Below, one piece after another: positions 1-8,707 of a stretch of 64,000 nt of DNA. Made by a program: the position numbers and the translations under genes. Within the stretch, counting starts at the first letter, position 1. The number at the start of each line of letters is the position of its first letter. Origin of the DNA: Spirochaetota bacterium (lineage in GTDB: Bacteria; Spirochaetota; UBA6919; CBDBPB01); assembly GCA_965208615.1 (NCBI GenBank), contig CBDBPB010000007.1, forward strand, positions 288,001 through 352,000, in the 5' to 3' direction. Below the pieces are notes generated by a model. That model worked only from the letters and a program-made list of their open reading frames with translations. It had not been told where the DNA came from and made no database searches.

Positions 1-32
1 AAAAGGCTGGACTTCCAGTGGAAAAGGAGTAA
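1..32 (+). CDS. dsrM: DsrM, C-terminal fragment (window starts inside the gene)
   Basis: Frame 3 reads KAGLPVEKE-stop just before dsrK; resembles the DsrM C-terminus and fits dsrMKJOP order. Confidence 0.7.
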   Translation, partial: KAGLPVEKE

Positions 33-35
33 TAT

Positions 36-1658
36 ATGTCAAAACTACCTAAGCCGGATGAGTTATCTAATGTAGATTATACCCTACCTAAGACTGAGTG
101 GATAAATACTCCAACTGAGCTTAAGGAAACTATGATTTGTTATGGTGCTAAGGAAGATAAGCTAAAAGCCGTTGACTTTCCAAATGCAAGAAGTTGGGAT
201 CCTAAATTGGATGACTGGAAGCTCCCTGATAATTGGAAGGAGATTATATTAGAGGGTATTAGTGAGCGTTTGGAGAAGTACAGGTCATTTAGGCTATTTA
301 TGGATATATGTGTACGTTGTGGTGCTTGTGCGGATAAGTGTCATTTTTTTATTGGTACTGGCGATCCTAAGAATATGCCTGTTTTACGTGCTGAGCTTTT
401 GAGATCGGTTTATAGAAGAGATTTTACTACTGCGGGTAAGGTTTTTGGTTCATTAGTTGGTGCAAGGGATCTTACTATTGATGTACTAAAGGAATGGTGG
501 TATTATTTCTTTCAGTGTACTGAATGCCGTCGTTGTTCTGTATTTTGTCCTTATGGCATTGATCAGGCTGAGATTACTATTATAGGTAGGGAGCTTTTAA
601 ATTTATTAGGTCTTAACACTGACTGGATCGCTGGTCCTGTAGCTAATTGTTATAAAAAGGGTAATCATATTGGTCTTGAGCCTAAGGTTATTGTTGATAC
701 CATAAAGTTTTTGTGTGAGGATATTGAAGAGATTACTGGTATTAAGATTGAGCCTCCTATTAACAAAAAAGGTGCTGATATATTATTTGTTGCTCCATCG
801 GGTGATCTTTTTGCTGAACCCGGTATTTATACCTGTATGGGCTATCTTATGCTATTCCATGAGCTTGGTTTGAATTATACATGGAGTACTTATGCGTCTG
901 AGGGTGGTAACTTTGGTTTTTTTACTAGTAATGAGATGGCAAAGAGATTAAATGCTAAAATATATGCTGAGGCTAAGAGATTAGGGGTAAAATGGATTAT
1001 AGGCGGTGAATGTGGACATATGTGGCGTGTTATTCATCAATATATGAATACATGGAATGGTCCTGCTGATTTTTTAGAAGAGCCTGTTTCTCCTGTAACG
1101 GGTACTAAGTTTACAAATAGTACTTCTACTAAGATGGTTCATATTGCCGAGTTTACTGCTGATCTTATTAAAAACGGTAAGATTAAGTTAGACCCTAGTA
1201 GGAATGATCATTTAGCTATTACTTTTCATGATTCATGTAATACAGCTCGGGCATTAGGTATGTTTGAGGAGCCACGTTATATTATTAATAATATTTCTAA
1301 TAGCTTTTATGATATGCCTGAAAATACTATTAAAGAAGTAACTTTTTGTTGTGGTAGTGGTGCAGGGTTAAACGCTTCTGAGAACATGGAGCTTAGAATG
1401 AAAGGTGGTTTTCCAAGGGCTAATGCGGTTAAGTATGTTGCAAATAAATATGGGGTTAATATGCTTGCCAATATTTGTGCTGTAGACAGGGTTACATTAC
1501 CTCCTCTAATGGATTATTGGGTTCCTGATGTAGGGGTAGCGGGATTACATGAACTTATTGGAAATGCTCTTGTTATGACTGGTGAAACTGAAAGAGAAAC
1601 TGATTTAAGGGGTGAACCGTTACCAGATAATGATCACAAGGAGAAAGAAGATGTATGA
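36..1658 (+). CDS. dsrK: DsrK, Fe-S/CCG-domain subunit of DsrMKJOP
   Basis: CVRCGACADKC, CTECRRCSVFCP, GECGH, HDSC, FCCG motifs; context. Confidence 0.97.
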   Translation: MSKLPKPDELSNVDYTLPKTEWINTPTELKETMICYGAKEDKLKAVDFPNARSWDPKLDDWKLPDNWKEIILEGISERLEKYRSFRLFMDICVRCGACADKCHFFIGTGDPKNMPVLRAELLRSVYRRDFTTAGKVFGSLVGARDLTIDVLKEWWYYFFQCTECRRCSVFCPYGIDQAEITIIGRELLNLLGLNTDWIAGPVANCYKKGNHIGLEPKVIVDTIKFLCEDIEEITGIKIEPPINKKGADILFVAPSGDLFAEPGIYTCMGYLMLFHELGLNYTWSTYASEGGNFGFFTSNEMAKRLNAKIYAEAKRLGVKWIIGGECGHMWRVIHQYMNTWNGPADFLEEPVSPVTGTKFTNSTSTKMVHIAEFTADLIKNGKIKLDPSRNDHLAITFHDSCNTARALGMFEEPRYIINNISNSFYDMPENTIKEVTFCCGSGAGLNASENMELRMKGGFPRANAVKYVANKYGVNMLANICAVDRVTLPPLMDYWVPDVGVAGLHELIGNALVMTGETERETDLRGEPLPDNDHKEKEDV

Positions 1659-2088
1659 TAGGTCTAAAATTATTATTGGTATAGTTATATTTTTAGGGGT
1701 TATTGCTTTTCCTTTTTATTATAACAATGTTTTAGGAAAGAGTTCTGATGTTAAGGCTAAGGGTAAAAGTAATGTTTTAGCTGGAAAAAAGGATGTGGAT
1801 GCCTTACACTTTCATATTGGAGGCGAGAAAAAACAAAGAACCCTTAAGGATATGAGAGCTAATCACATGAAGATATTGGATAGCTGGCGAAATGAAGTTG
1901 TTAGAGATGGTATTCGTAAGCCTGGAAGGAGCTTACAAAATGGATGTCTTAGTTGTCATGCTAAAGAGAAAAAGAATGCTATGAAAATTGGGGATAAGGA
2001 GGCTACTGCTTGTGAAGACTGCCATGTTAAGACTGGAACGCAGTTGTACTGCTGGGAATGCCATTTTGATCCGAAGGAGAGTAAGTAA
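1651..2088 (+). CDS. dsrJ: DsrJ, triheme cytochrome c
   Basis: ATG 1651 after AAGGAG; N-terminal hydrophobic helix, MRANHM, three CxxCH. Confidence 0.92.
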   Translation: MYDRSKIIIGIVIFLGVIAFPFYYNNVLGKSSDVKAKGKSNVLAGKKDVDALHFHIGGEKKQRTLKDMRANHMKILDSWRNEVVRDGIRKPGRSLQNGCLSCHAKEKKNAMKIGDKEATACEDCHVKTGTQLYCWECHFDPKESK

Positions 2089-2939
2089 TGGATAAAAATG
2101 ATAATAAAACTGAGGTTCAATCTATTGAAGAGAAAATTGGCAGAAGACAGTTTATAAAGATAGCTGGTATATCTACTTTATTTGGAGCTGCTGGTATATC
2201 TGCCTTACAGATTCTTAAGCCTGGCTCACTGGATGCTTTTCATACATATACTAATAAAATACAATGGGCTATGGTGGTTGATATTAGAAAGTTTAATTCT
2301 GATGAAGACTTTAAAATTCTTATTGACGCTTGTCATATAAATCATAATGTACCTCTTATACCTAATAATGAGGATGGTTCTGAGAATAAGGACGTGGTAA
2401 AGTGGATTTGGAGGGATAGTTATGAGCATGTTTTTGTAGAAAGTGGTCATCGTTTTTTATCCAATAGAGTTAGTAATAAGAATGTTTTAGCATTATGCAA
2501 TCATTGTACTGAACCACCATGTATTAGGGTATGCCCTACTAATGCTACTTTTAAGAGGGTTAATGATGGGATTGTTATGATGGATCAGCATAGGTGTATT
2601 GGTTGTAGGTTTTGTATGGCGGCTTGTCCTTATGGAGCAAGGAGTTTTAATTTTAGGGATCCAAAACCTTATATTAAAATGCGTAATCCTTCTTATCCTG
2701 CTCGTAGTAGGGGAGTTGTTGAGAAGTGTACTTTTTGTGCTGATATCATTCATATTGAGGATACTAAGCCTTATTGCGTAGAAGCATGTGATAGTAAAGA
2801 GGAACTTAAAGGTGGTCTTACTTTTGGCAACGTTAATGATAAAAATTCTAAGGTTAGACAGCTTCTTAAAGAGTACTATACGGTAGTTCGTAGGCCTGAA
2901 ATTGGTACTAAACCAAATGTGTATTATATAATATCCTAA
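2088..2939 (+). CDS. dsrO: DsrO, periplasmic Fe-S protein
   Basis: Tat signal GRRQFIK; CNHCTEPPCIRVCP, CIGCRFCMAACP, CTFC. Confidence 0.95.
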   Translation: MDKNDNKTEVQSIEEKIGRRQFIKIAGISTLFGAAGISALQILKPGSLDAFHTYTNKIQWAMVVDIRKFNSDEDFKILIDACHINHNVPLIPNNEDGSENKDVVKWIWRDSYEHVFVESGHRFLSNRVSNKNVLALCNHCTEPPCIRVCPTNATFKRVNDGIVMMDQHRCIGCRFCMAACPYGARSFNFRDPKPYIKMRNPSYPARSRGVVEKCTFCADIIHIEDTKPYCVEACDSKEELKGGLTFGNVNDKNSKVRQLLKEYYTVVRRPEIGTKPNVYYIIS

Positions 2940-2952
2940 GGAGTAATTGGTC

Positions 2953-4104
2953 ATGTTGGAAAAAGTGATTTCTGGAAGTCGGATATATTGGGGCTGGATT
3001 TTATTTTTATTAGTGGTAATAGCTATTGGTTCTGCCGCTTATGCTTATCAGTTTATTAATGGACTTACTGTTACTAATATGGGCAGGGATGTTTCATGGG
3101 GATTATATATAGGTCAGTTTACTTTTTTTGTAGGGGTTGCGGCCTCGGCTGTTATGTTGGTTATTCCATATTATTTACATAATGCAAAGGTATTTGGTAG
3201 GTTGGTTATATTTGGAGAGTTTTTAGCTATACCTGCGGTTATAATGTGCCTATTATTTGTTATTGCTGATATGGGAAAGCCTATGAGGATGCTAAACGTT
3301 GTTATTTACATGAGGACTAATTCTATATTATTTTGGGATTTTTTAGCATTAAATGGATATTTACTCTTAAACATTATTATTGGTTGGTTTGCTTTAGGAG
3401 CAGAGAGAAAGGGTATTAGTTATCCAAAGTTTGTTAGGCCGCTAATATATTTATCAGTTCCGGTGGCATTTAGCATTCACACGGTAACAGCTTTTATTTA
3501 TGCTGGTTTACCTGTTAGGCATTTATGGCTTACAGCTATTATGGCGGCAAGGTTTTTGGCATCTGCATTTGCGGCTGGACCTGCACTTTTAGTTTTACTT
3601 CTTTTTATAACACAAAAGCTTAGCAAGTGTGATTTAAAGTTAGAGCCTATTAAGGCTATGGGTAAGATTGTTACTTATGCTATGATTGCTAATGTATTTT
3701 TTTTAGGATTAGAGTTATTTACGGCTTTTTATAGTGGTATTGAGTCTCATCAGCATCCATTTGAGTATTTATATGTTCACGCTAGTTTAATTTCGCCTCT
3801 TATGTGGGTTTCGGCCGTATTGGGGCTTGGATCTTTGGTATTATTAATTACGCCATCTTTTAATAGTAACTTTAATTTAGTTAGAATAGCATGTTTAATG
3901 GTTTTTATATCCCTGTGGATAGATAAAGGTTTTGGATTAGTAATAGGTGGGTTTAATCCTAGTCCTGCGGGTAAGTTTGTTGATTATTGGCCTACATTAG
4001 TTGAGGTTTTAGTTAGTCTTGGTATTTGGGGAATTGGTGCATTGGTGTTGACTATTTTGTATAAGGTGATTTTATCTGTGAGAAAAGAGATTAGAGGGTT
4101 TTAA
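2953..4104 (+). CDS. dsrP: DsrP, NrfD/PsrC-family membrane subunit
   Basis: MLEK start, VSWGLYI, ADMGKP, multiple TM helices; follows dsrO. Confidence 0.95.
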   Translation: MLEKVISGSRIYWGWILFLLVVIAIGSAAYAYQFINGLTVTNMGRDVSWGLYIGQFTFFVGVAASAVMLVIPYYLHNAKVFGRLVIFGEFLAIPAVIMCLLFVIADMGKPMRMLNVVIYMRTNSILFWDFLALNGYLLLNIIIGWFALGAERKGISYPKFVRPLIYLSVPVAFSIHTVTAFIYAGLPVRHLWLTAIMAARFLASAFAAGPALLVLLLFITQKLSKCDLKLEPIKAMGKIVTYAMIANVFFLGLELFTAFYSGIESHQHPFEYLYVHASLISPLMWVSAVLGLGSLVLLITPSFNSNFNLVRIACLMVFISLWIDKGFGLVIGGFNPSPAGKFVDYWPTLVEVLVSLGIWGIGALVLTILYKVILSVRKEIRGF

Positions 4105-5494
4105 GTTTTTAATTTTGATTAAGTGCTATTCAAAAGTATAGGCTGTTTTATTGTATTATTTAAAGTTAGTCTAGTTATAGATTAGGCTATTTTATGATAG
4201 ATTTTAGTGGGTATTATTGTAAAAGGTTTTTAAGTTTTTAAGTTTTTAATTTTGATTAAGTGCTATTCAAAAGTATAGGACGTTTTATTGTATTATTTAA
4301 AGTTAGTCTAGTTATAGATTAGGCTATTTTATGATAGATTTTAGTGGGTATTATTGTAAAAGGGTTTATAGTTTTTAATTTTGATTAAGTGCTATTCAAA
4401 AGTATAGGACGTTTTATTGTATTATTTAAAGTTAGTCTAGTTATAGATTAGGCTATTTTATGATAGATTTTAGTGGGTATTATTGTAAAAGGTTTTTAAG
4501 TTTTTAAGTTTTTAATTTTGATTAAGTGCTATTCAAAAGTATAGGACGTTTTATTGTATTATTTAAAGTTAGTCTAGTTATAGATTAGGCTATTTTATGA
4601 TAGATTTTAGTGGGTATTATTGTAAAAGGGTTTATAGTTTTTAAGTTTTTAATTTTGATTAAGTGCTATTCAAAAGTATAGGACGTTTTATTGTATTATT
4701 TAAAGTTAGTCTAGTTATAGATTAGGCTATTTTATGATAGATTTTAGTGGGTATTATTGTAAAAGGGTTTATAGTTTTTAATTTTGATTAAGTGCTATTC
4801 AAAAGTATAGGCTGTTTTATTGTATTATTTAAAGTTAGTCTAGTTATAGATTAGGCTATTTTATGATAGATTTTAGTGGGTATTATTGTAAAAGGTTTTT
4901 AAGTTTTTAAGTTTTTAATTTTGATTAAGTGCTATTCAAAAGTATAGGACGTTTTATTGTATTATTTAAAGTTAGTCTAGTTATAGATTAGGCTATTTTA
5001 TGATAGATTTTAGTGGGTATTATTGTAAAAGGGTTTATAGTTTTTAATTTTGATTAAGTGCTATTCAAAAGTATAGGACGTTTTATTGTATTATTTAAAG
5101 TTAGTCTAGTTATAGATTAGGCTATTTTATGATAGATTTTAGTGGGTATTATTGTAAAAGGTTTTTAAGTTTTTAAGTTTTTAATTTTGATTAAGTGCTA
5201 TTCAAAAGTATAGGACGTTTTATTGTATTATTTAAAGTTAGTCTAGTTATAGATTAGGCTATTTTATGATAGATTTTAGTGGGTATTATTGTAAAAGGGT
5301 TTATAGTTTTTAATTTTGATTAAGTGCTATTCAAAAGTATAGGCTGTTTTATTGTATTATTTAAAGTTAGTCTAGTTATAGATTAGGCTATTTTATGATA
5401 GATTTTAGTGGGTATTATTGTAAAAGGTTTTTAAGTTTTTAAGTTTTTAATTTTGATTAAGTGCTATTCAAAAGTATAGGCTGTTTTATTGTAT
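4098..5494. repeat. Tandem array 1: 10 full units plus a partial 11th, 129 or 137 bp each
   Basis: AATTTTGATTAAGTGC recurs at 4111, 4248, 4377, 4514, 4651, 4780, 4917, 5046, 5183, 5312, 5449; no unique spacers, no ORF >=60 aa in the track. Confidence 0.98.
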
Positions 5495-5571
5495 AGGTAA
5501 ATATATTAAGATGACGTTTTATGATAATTTAGTTATGACTTTATAACAAGGTATAGAACGTAAAACGCAAG

Positions 5572-5875
5572 ACATATAACGTAAAGGCAAGTGAATTTTA
5601 GATTTCTTTATGGAACAGGAAAGTTAAGATATTCATGAAAAAGTTATATTCTTGTTCTACAGGGCTAAACTTTCTATGCTCTTTAAGTACTGTTTAAATG
5701 CCTTAGCAATGAACACAAAATATCACTTTTTATGCAAGTAGTCATCACTACGAGAGCTATTAAGAATCCCTTACTGAGACTAAGAATTATACACCTTTAT
5801 TAAGTGATAACGGATTTGCCTTTCCATAAAGGGATAGAGCGGATTCTTTAAATATTATATATTGACGTTATGTGT
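5572..5875 (+). ncRNA. Putative 304-nt structured RNA / dispersed element, copy 1 (family unknown)
   Basis: About 88% identical to 47171-47474; ends pair (ACATATAACGT/ACGTTATGTGT); inner helices CTTTATGGAA/TTCCATAAAG and TATCACTT/AAGTGATA; hairpin GTAGT-catc-ACTAC. Confidence 0.65.
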
Positions 5876-5910
5876 AAAGCTTAGGCGAATTAACTATAAT
5901 TCTTTATATG

Positions 5911-6000
5911 TTAAAACACTTAAACTAACTAATATAAAAACTAATCCACTAAGAACCTCTTTACAACAGCATAACTAAAACACTCCATAACAAATAGCTA
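5911..6000 (-). repeat. Degenerate inverted copy of the array-1 unit (right arm of element copy 1)
   Basis: Reverse complement aligns collinearly with the unit: GCTATTT..TATG..TTTTAGT..TTGTAAA..AGGTT..AGTTTTTA..TTAAGTG. Confidence 0.55.
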
Positions 6001-6186
6001 TTCCCCATCTTGCGAACTCTAAAACCATTTAATAATCCTTTGCAATAGATTTTAAATACGTTTCTGCTTGACTTTTCATAGAAATTTATTATATTATAAC
6101 AGCTTTATTTTTAAATGATATAGCTATATAGATGCCGATCACTTGTAGACTGTCATATTAAGCTAAAATGTATAATAGGGGGAATT

Positions 6187-7236
6187 ATGAAAAAAATATT
6201 TTTTATATTACTATCTCTATCTCTATTAATAGGATGCGAACAGGATAGTGTTAGTAAACTTGCTATGGATAATGGTGGAGGCACTGGTGGTACTGGTGGT
6301 ACTGGTGGTACTGGTGGTACTGGTGGAGGCTCTGGTGGAGGTACTGGTGGAAATGGTGGAAATGGTGGAAATAATGATGGAGGTACTGGTAACTCTACTG
6401 GTAAAGTTTTTGTAAAACTAGGTGTTAGTAATGGAAATGGAAGATCTTGGTCTACTGCTTATAGTGATTTACAAAAAGCTATTGAGGAAGCTCATAAAGA
6501 ATCAAAAGCAACCGGAAAAACGGTTAAAGTCTATGTAGCCGCTGGAACCTATACTCCATCAGGTTGGCCTAATAAAGGTGGAGTTGTTACTAATAAGGGT
6601 AAACACTTTTCTTTGCGTAATAATGTAGAGGTATACGGTGGTTATCCTCGATCTGGTGGTAACTATAGTAACTATAGGGTTAATAAGACTATTTTAAGTG
6701 GTGATCTTGGTGGAGAGAAGGTATACCACGTTTTTTATCATCCAAATGGAGTGATAAATACTACAGCAAAGCTACAAGGAGTTACCATTACTAATGGTTA
6801 TAATGAAGGTCAATATGGGGGAGGCATGCATAATGGTAGAGGCTCCAGCATAACATTACTAGACTGTACTTTTAAGGATAATACTGCACATTATGGTGGT
6901 GGAATGTATAATGGTCCTGATTCTAATGTAAAATTAGAAAACTGTATCTTTAAAAATAATACAGCTCTTAATGGTAATGGAGGCGGAATACATAATGGTG
7001 ATGGTTCTAGGGTAGAATTGAAAAACTGCACCTTTGAAAATAACACTGCTAGATATTATGGTGGTGGAGTATATATTAGCTATGGTACTACTACTACGTT
7101 TACAGGCTGTACCATTAAAAGTAATACTGCTCACTATGGTGGTGGTGGAATATATAGTTTTAATTCCGAACTAAATTATGTAAACAAAGGTAATACAATT
7201 GAAGATAATGACCCTGACAATGTAAAGTCTTTATAA
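6187..7236 (+). CDS. Lipoprotein with Gly-rich linker and right-handed beta-helix (Pmp-like) repeats
   Basis: Lipobox LLIGC; (GGT)n tract; repeated FxxNTAxYGGG; VYVAAGTY and TILSGD motifs. Confidence 0.85.
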   Translation: MKKIFFILLSLSLLIGCEQDSVSKLAMDNGGGTGGTGGTGGTGGTGGGSGGGTGGNGGNGGNNDGGTGNSTGKVFVKLGVSNGNGRSWSTAYSDLQKAIEEAHKESKATGKTVKVYVAAGTYTPSGWPNKGGVVTNKGKHFSLRNNVEVYGGYPRSGGNYSNYRVNKTILSGDLGGEKVYHVFYHPNGVINTTAKLQGVTITNGYNEGQYGGGMHNGRGSSITLLDCTFKDNTAHYGGGMYNGPDSNVKLENCIFKNNTALNGNGGGIHNGDGSRVELKNCTFENNTARYYGGGVYISYGTTTTFTGCTIKSNTAHYGGGGIYSFNSELNYVNKGNTIEDNDPDNVKSL

Positions 7237-7285
7237 AAGGGTTATTAGCTAAAACTACTATCAATATTAATAATTGATAATGTTA

Positions 7286-7303
7286 ACCCCCTTTTTAAGG
7301 GGG
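7286..7303. terminator. Probable intrinsic terminator hairpin
   Basis: CCCCCTT...AAGGGGG inverted repeat after the lipoprotein stop. Confidence 0.6.
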
Positions 7304-7600
7304 CTAATACATTTAGGGTATTACGCTATAGCATCCTATAGGCTATTGTAAATATTATAAGATATCCAGTTTTAGCAGATAATGTCAATATAATTATTCT
7401 TAAAATGCTTTTTATTATGTTTAATAGAGCAATAAATAACAGCTTACCATAAATATACTATTAAAATATCCCCCTATTTCATTTTTAATATAAGATAAGG
7501 AACTTTCTTTAAAAGCCATTTGTTATAATATATAATCTTATAGATATCTTTTTAATGCTAATTATTATAGTTAGATAGAAACTTATTGTTAGGAGGAATA

Positions 7601-7957
7601 ATGAAGATAGGGGTATTGATATATGAGGGTCCTTATAACCACCAGGCGTCTGATAGTGCATATAACTTTATAAAAGCCGCTATGGATAAGGGACATGAGA
7701 TTATTAGAGTATTTTTCTATCACGATGGAGTTATAAACGTTACAAAGCTTATGGAACCACCATCTGACGATAGACATATTGCAAAGCGGTGGTCTGAGAT
7801 TGGTGAAAAGGGAGTTGATGTTATTGCATGTATAGCGGCGGCTAAGCGTAGGGGTATGGTTGATGATATTTTAACTCCTAATACCAGAATATCTGGTTTG
7901 GGTCAGTTGGTTGAGATGGGGGTTGATGCTGATAAAGTTGTAGTTTTTGGTGATTAA
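7601..7957 (+). CDS. dsrE: DsrE sulfurtransferase subunit
   Basis: AGGAGG then ATG 7601; VFFYHDGV, ACIAAAKRRG (active Cys), ISGLGQL. Confidence 0.93.
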   Translation: MKIGVLIYEGPYNHQASDSAYNFIKAAMDKGHEIIRVFFYHDGVINVTKLMEPPSDDRHIAKRWSEIGEKGVDVIACIAAAKRRGMVDDILTPNTRISGLGQLVEMGVDADKVVVFGD

Positions 7958-7975
7958 CATATAAAAGGAGATTTT

Positions 7976-8386
7976 ATGAGCGGAAAGAAGTTTATGTTTG
8001 TTATGAGAAAGGCTCCTCATGGTACTATTTACTCTTATGAGGGTTTAGAGGTTGTATTAATTACTGCAAGTTATGATCAGGACATATCCATGGCATTTAT
8101 TGATGATGGTGTTTTTGCACTTAAAAAGGGCCAGGATACTAGTGGGATTGGTATAAAGGGTTTTTTACCTACTTATGATGTTCTTGGGGATTATGATGTA
8201 CATAAGCTCTATGTAGATGTTGATTCAATGAATGACAGGGGGCTTACTAAGGATGATCTTGTTGATCTTGTTTATGAGGACGATGAAGATGAGGATAATC
8301 CAAAAGAAATTAAGCTTATTCAGTTTTTGAGCCGCAAAGAGATTATGGCTAAGATGAGTGAGCAGGATGTTTTACTACCTTATTAG
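7976..8386 (+). CDS. dsrF: DsrF
   Basis: RKAPHGTIY, FIDDGVFAL; lies between dsrE and dsrH. Confidence 0.92.
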   Translation: MSGKKFMFVMRKAPHGTIYSYEGLEVVLITASYDQDISMAFIDDGVFALKKGQDTSGIGIKGFLPTYDVLGDYDVHKLYVDVDSMNDRGLTKDDLVDLVYEDDEDEDNPKEIKLIQFLSRKEIMAKMSEQDVLLPY

Positions 8387-8413
8387 AACTGCTAATTAAA
8401 AGGAGGATTGGTT

Positions 8414-8707
8414 TTGTTACATACAATTAATAAGTCACCTTATACAAATACCAGTTTAGAGAGTTGTTTAGGCTTTATAAATGAGGGGGATAGTGTATTA
8501 CTTTATGAGGATGGTGTGCTTGGTGCTCAGGCTGGTAGTAGTGTTGAGCCTATATTAAAGGATTTTAGTAAAAAGTGTAAGATTTATGTTTTATCTGAGG
8601 ACTTAAAAGCTAGGGGTATATCTAATACTTTGGATTTTGTAGAGTTGACCGACTACTCAGGTTTTGTAGACTTAGTTGAAAAGGATAAGATTCTTGCGTG
8701 GCTCTAA
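8414..8707 (+). CDS. dsrH: DsrH
   Basis: TTG 8414 gives MLHTINKSP; LYEDGV, DLKARGI, DYSGFVDL. Confidence 0.92.
   Translation: MLHTINKSPYTNTSLESCLGFINEGDSVLLYEDGVLGAQAGSSVEPILKDFSKKCKIYVLSEDLKARGISNTLDFVELTDYSGFVDLVEKDKILAWL

Noticed and set aside
2088-2939. DsrO lacks the first CxxCxxC cluster motif
   Set aside because: Three-cluster DsrO is already known in sulfate reducers.
2226-2954. Short antisense or overlapping ORFs in the track (here and inside rpoS-like, aroC, hem, uvrA, larB and others)
   Set aside because: Shadow frames of well-supported genes, with no motifs or RBS.
4098-5494. CRISPR array interpretation of either tandem array
   Set aside because: Whole units repeat with no unique spacers, periods are 129-263 bp, and no cas genes are in the window.
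5616-5625. CAGGAAAGTT resembles the RNase P GAGGAAAGTC motif
   Set aside because: The other RNase P motifs are not evident and the element is multicopy; tmRNA, tRNA and group II intron domain V signatures were also not seen.
5965-6025. Reverse strand GTTTTAG-TTATGCTGTT and GTTTTAGAG resemble type II CRISPR repeat starts
   Set aside because: Short, irregular, AT-rich matches with no array or cas9; better explained as the inverted arm.
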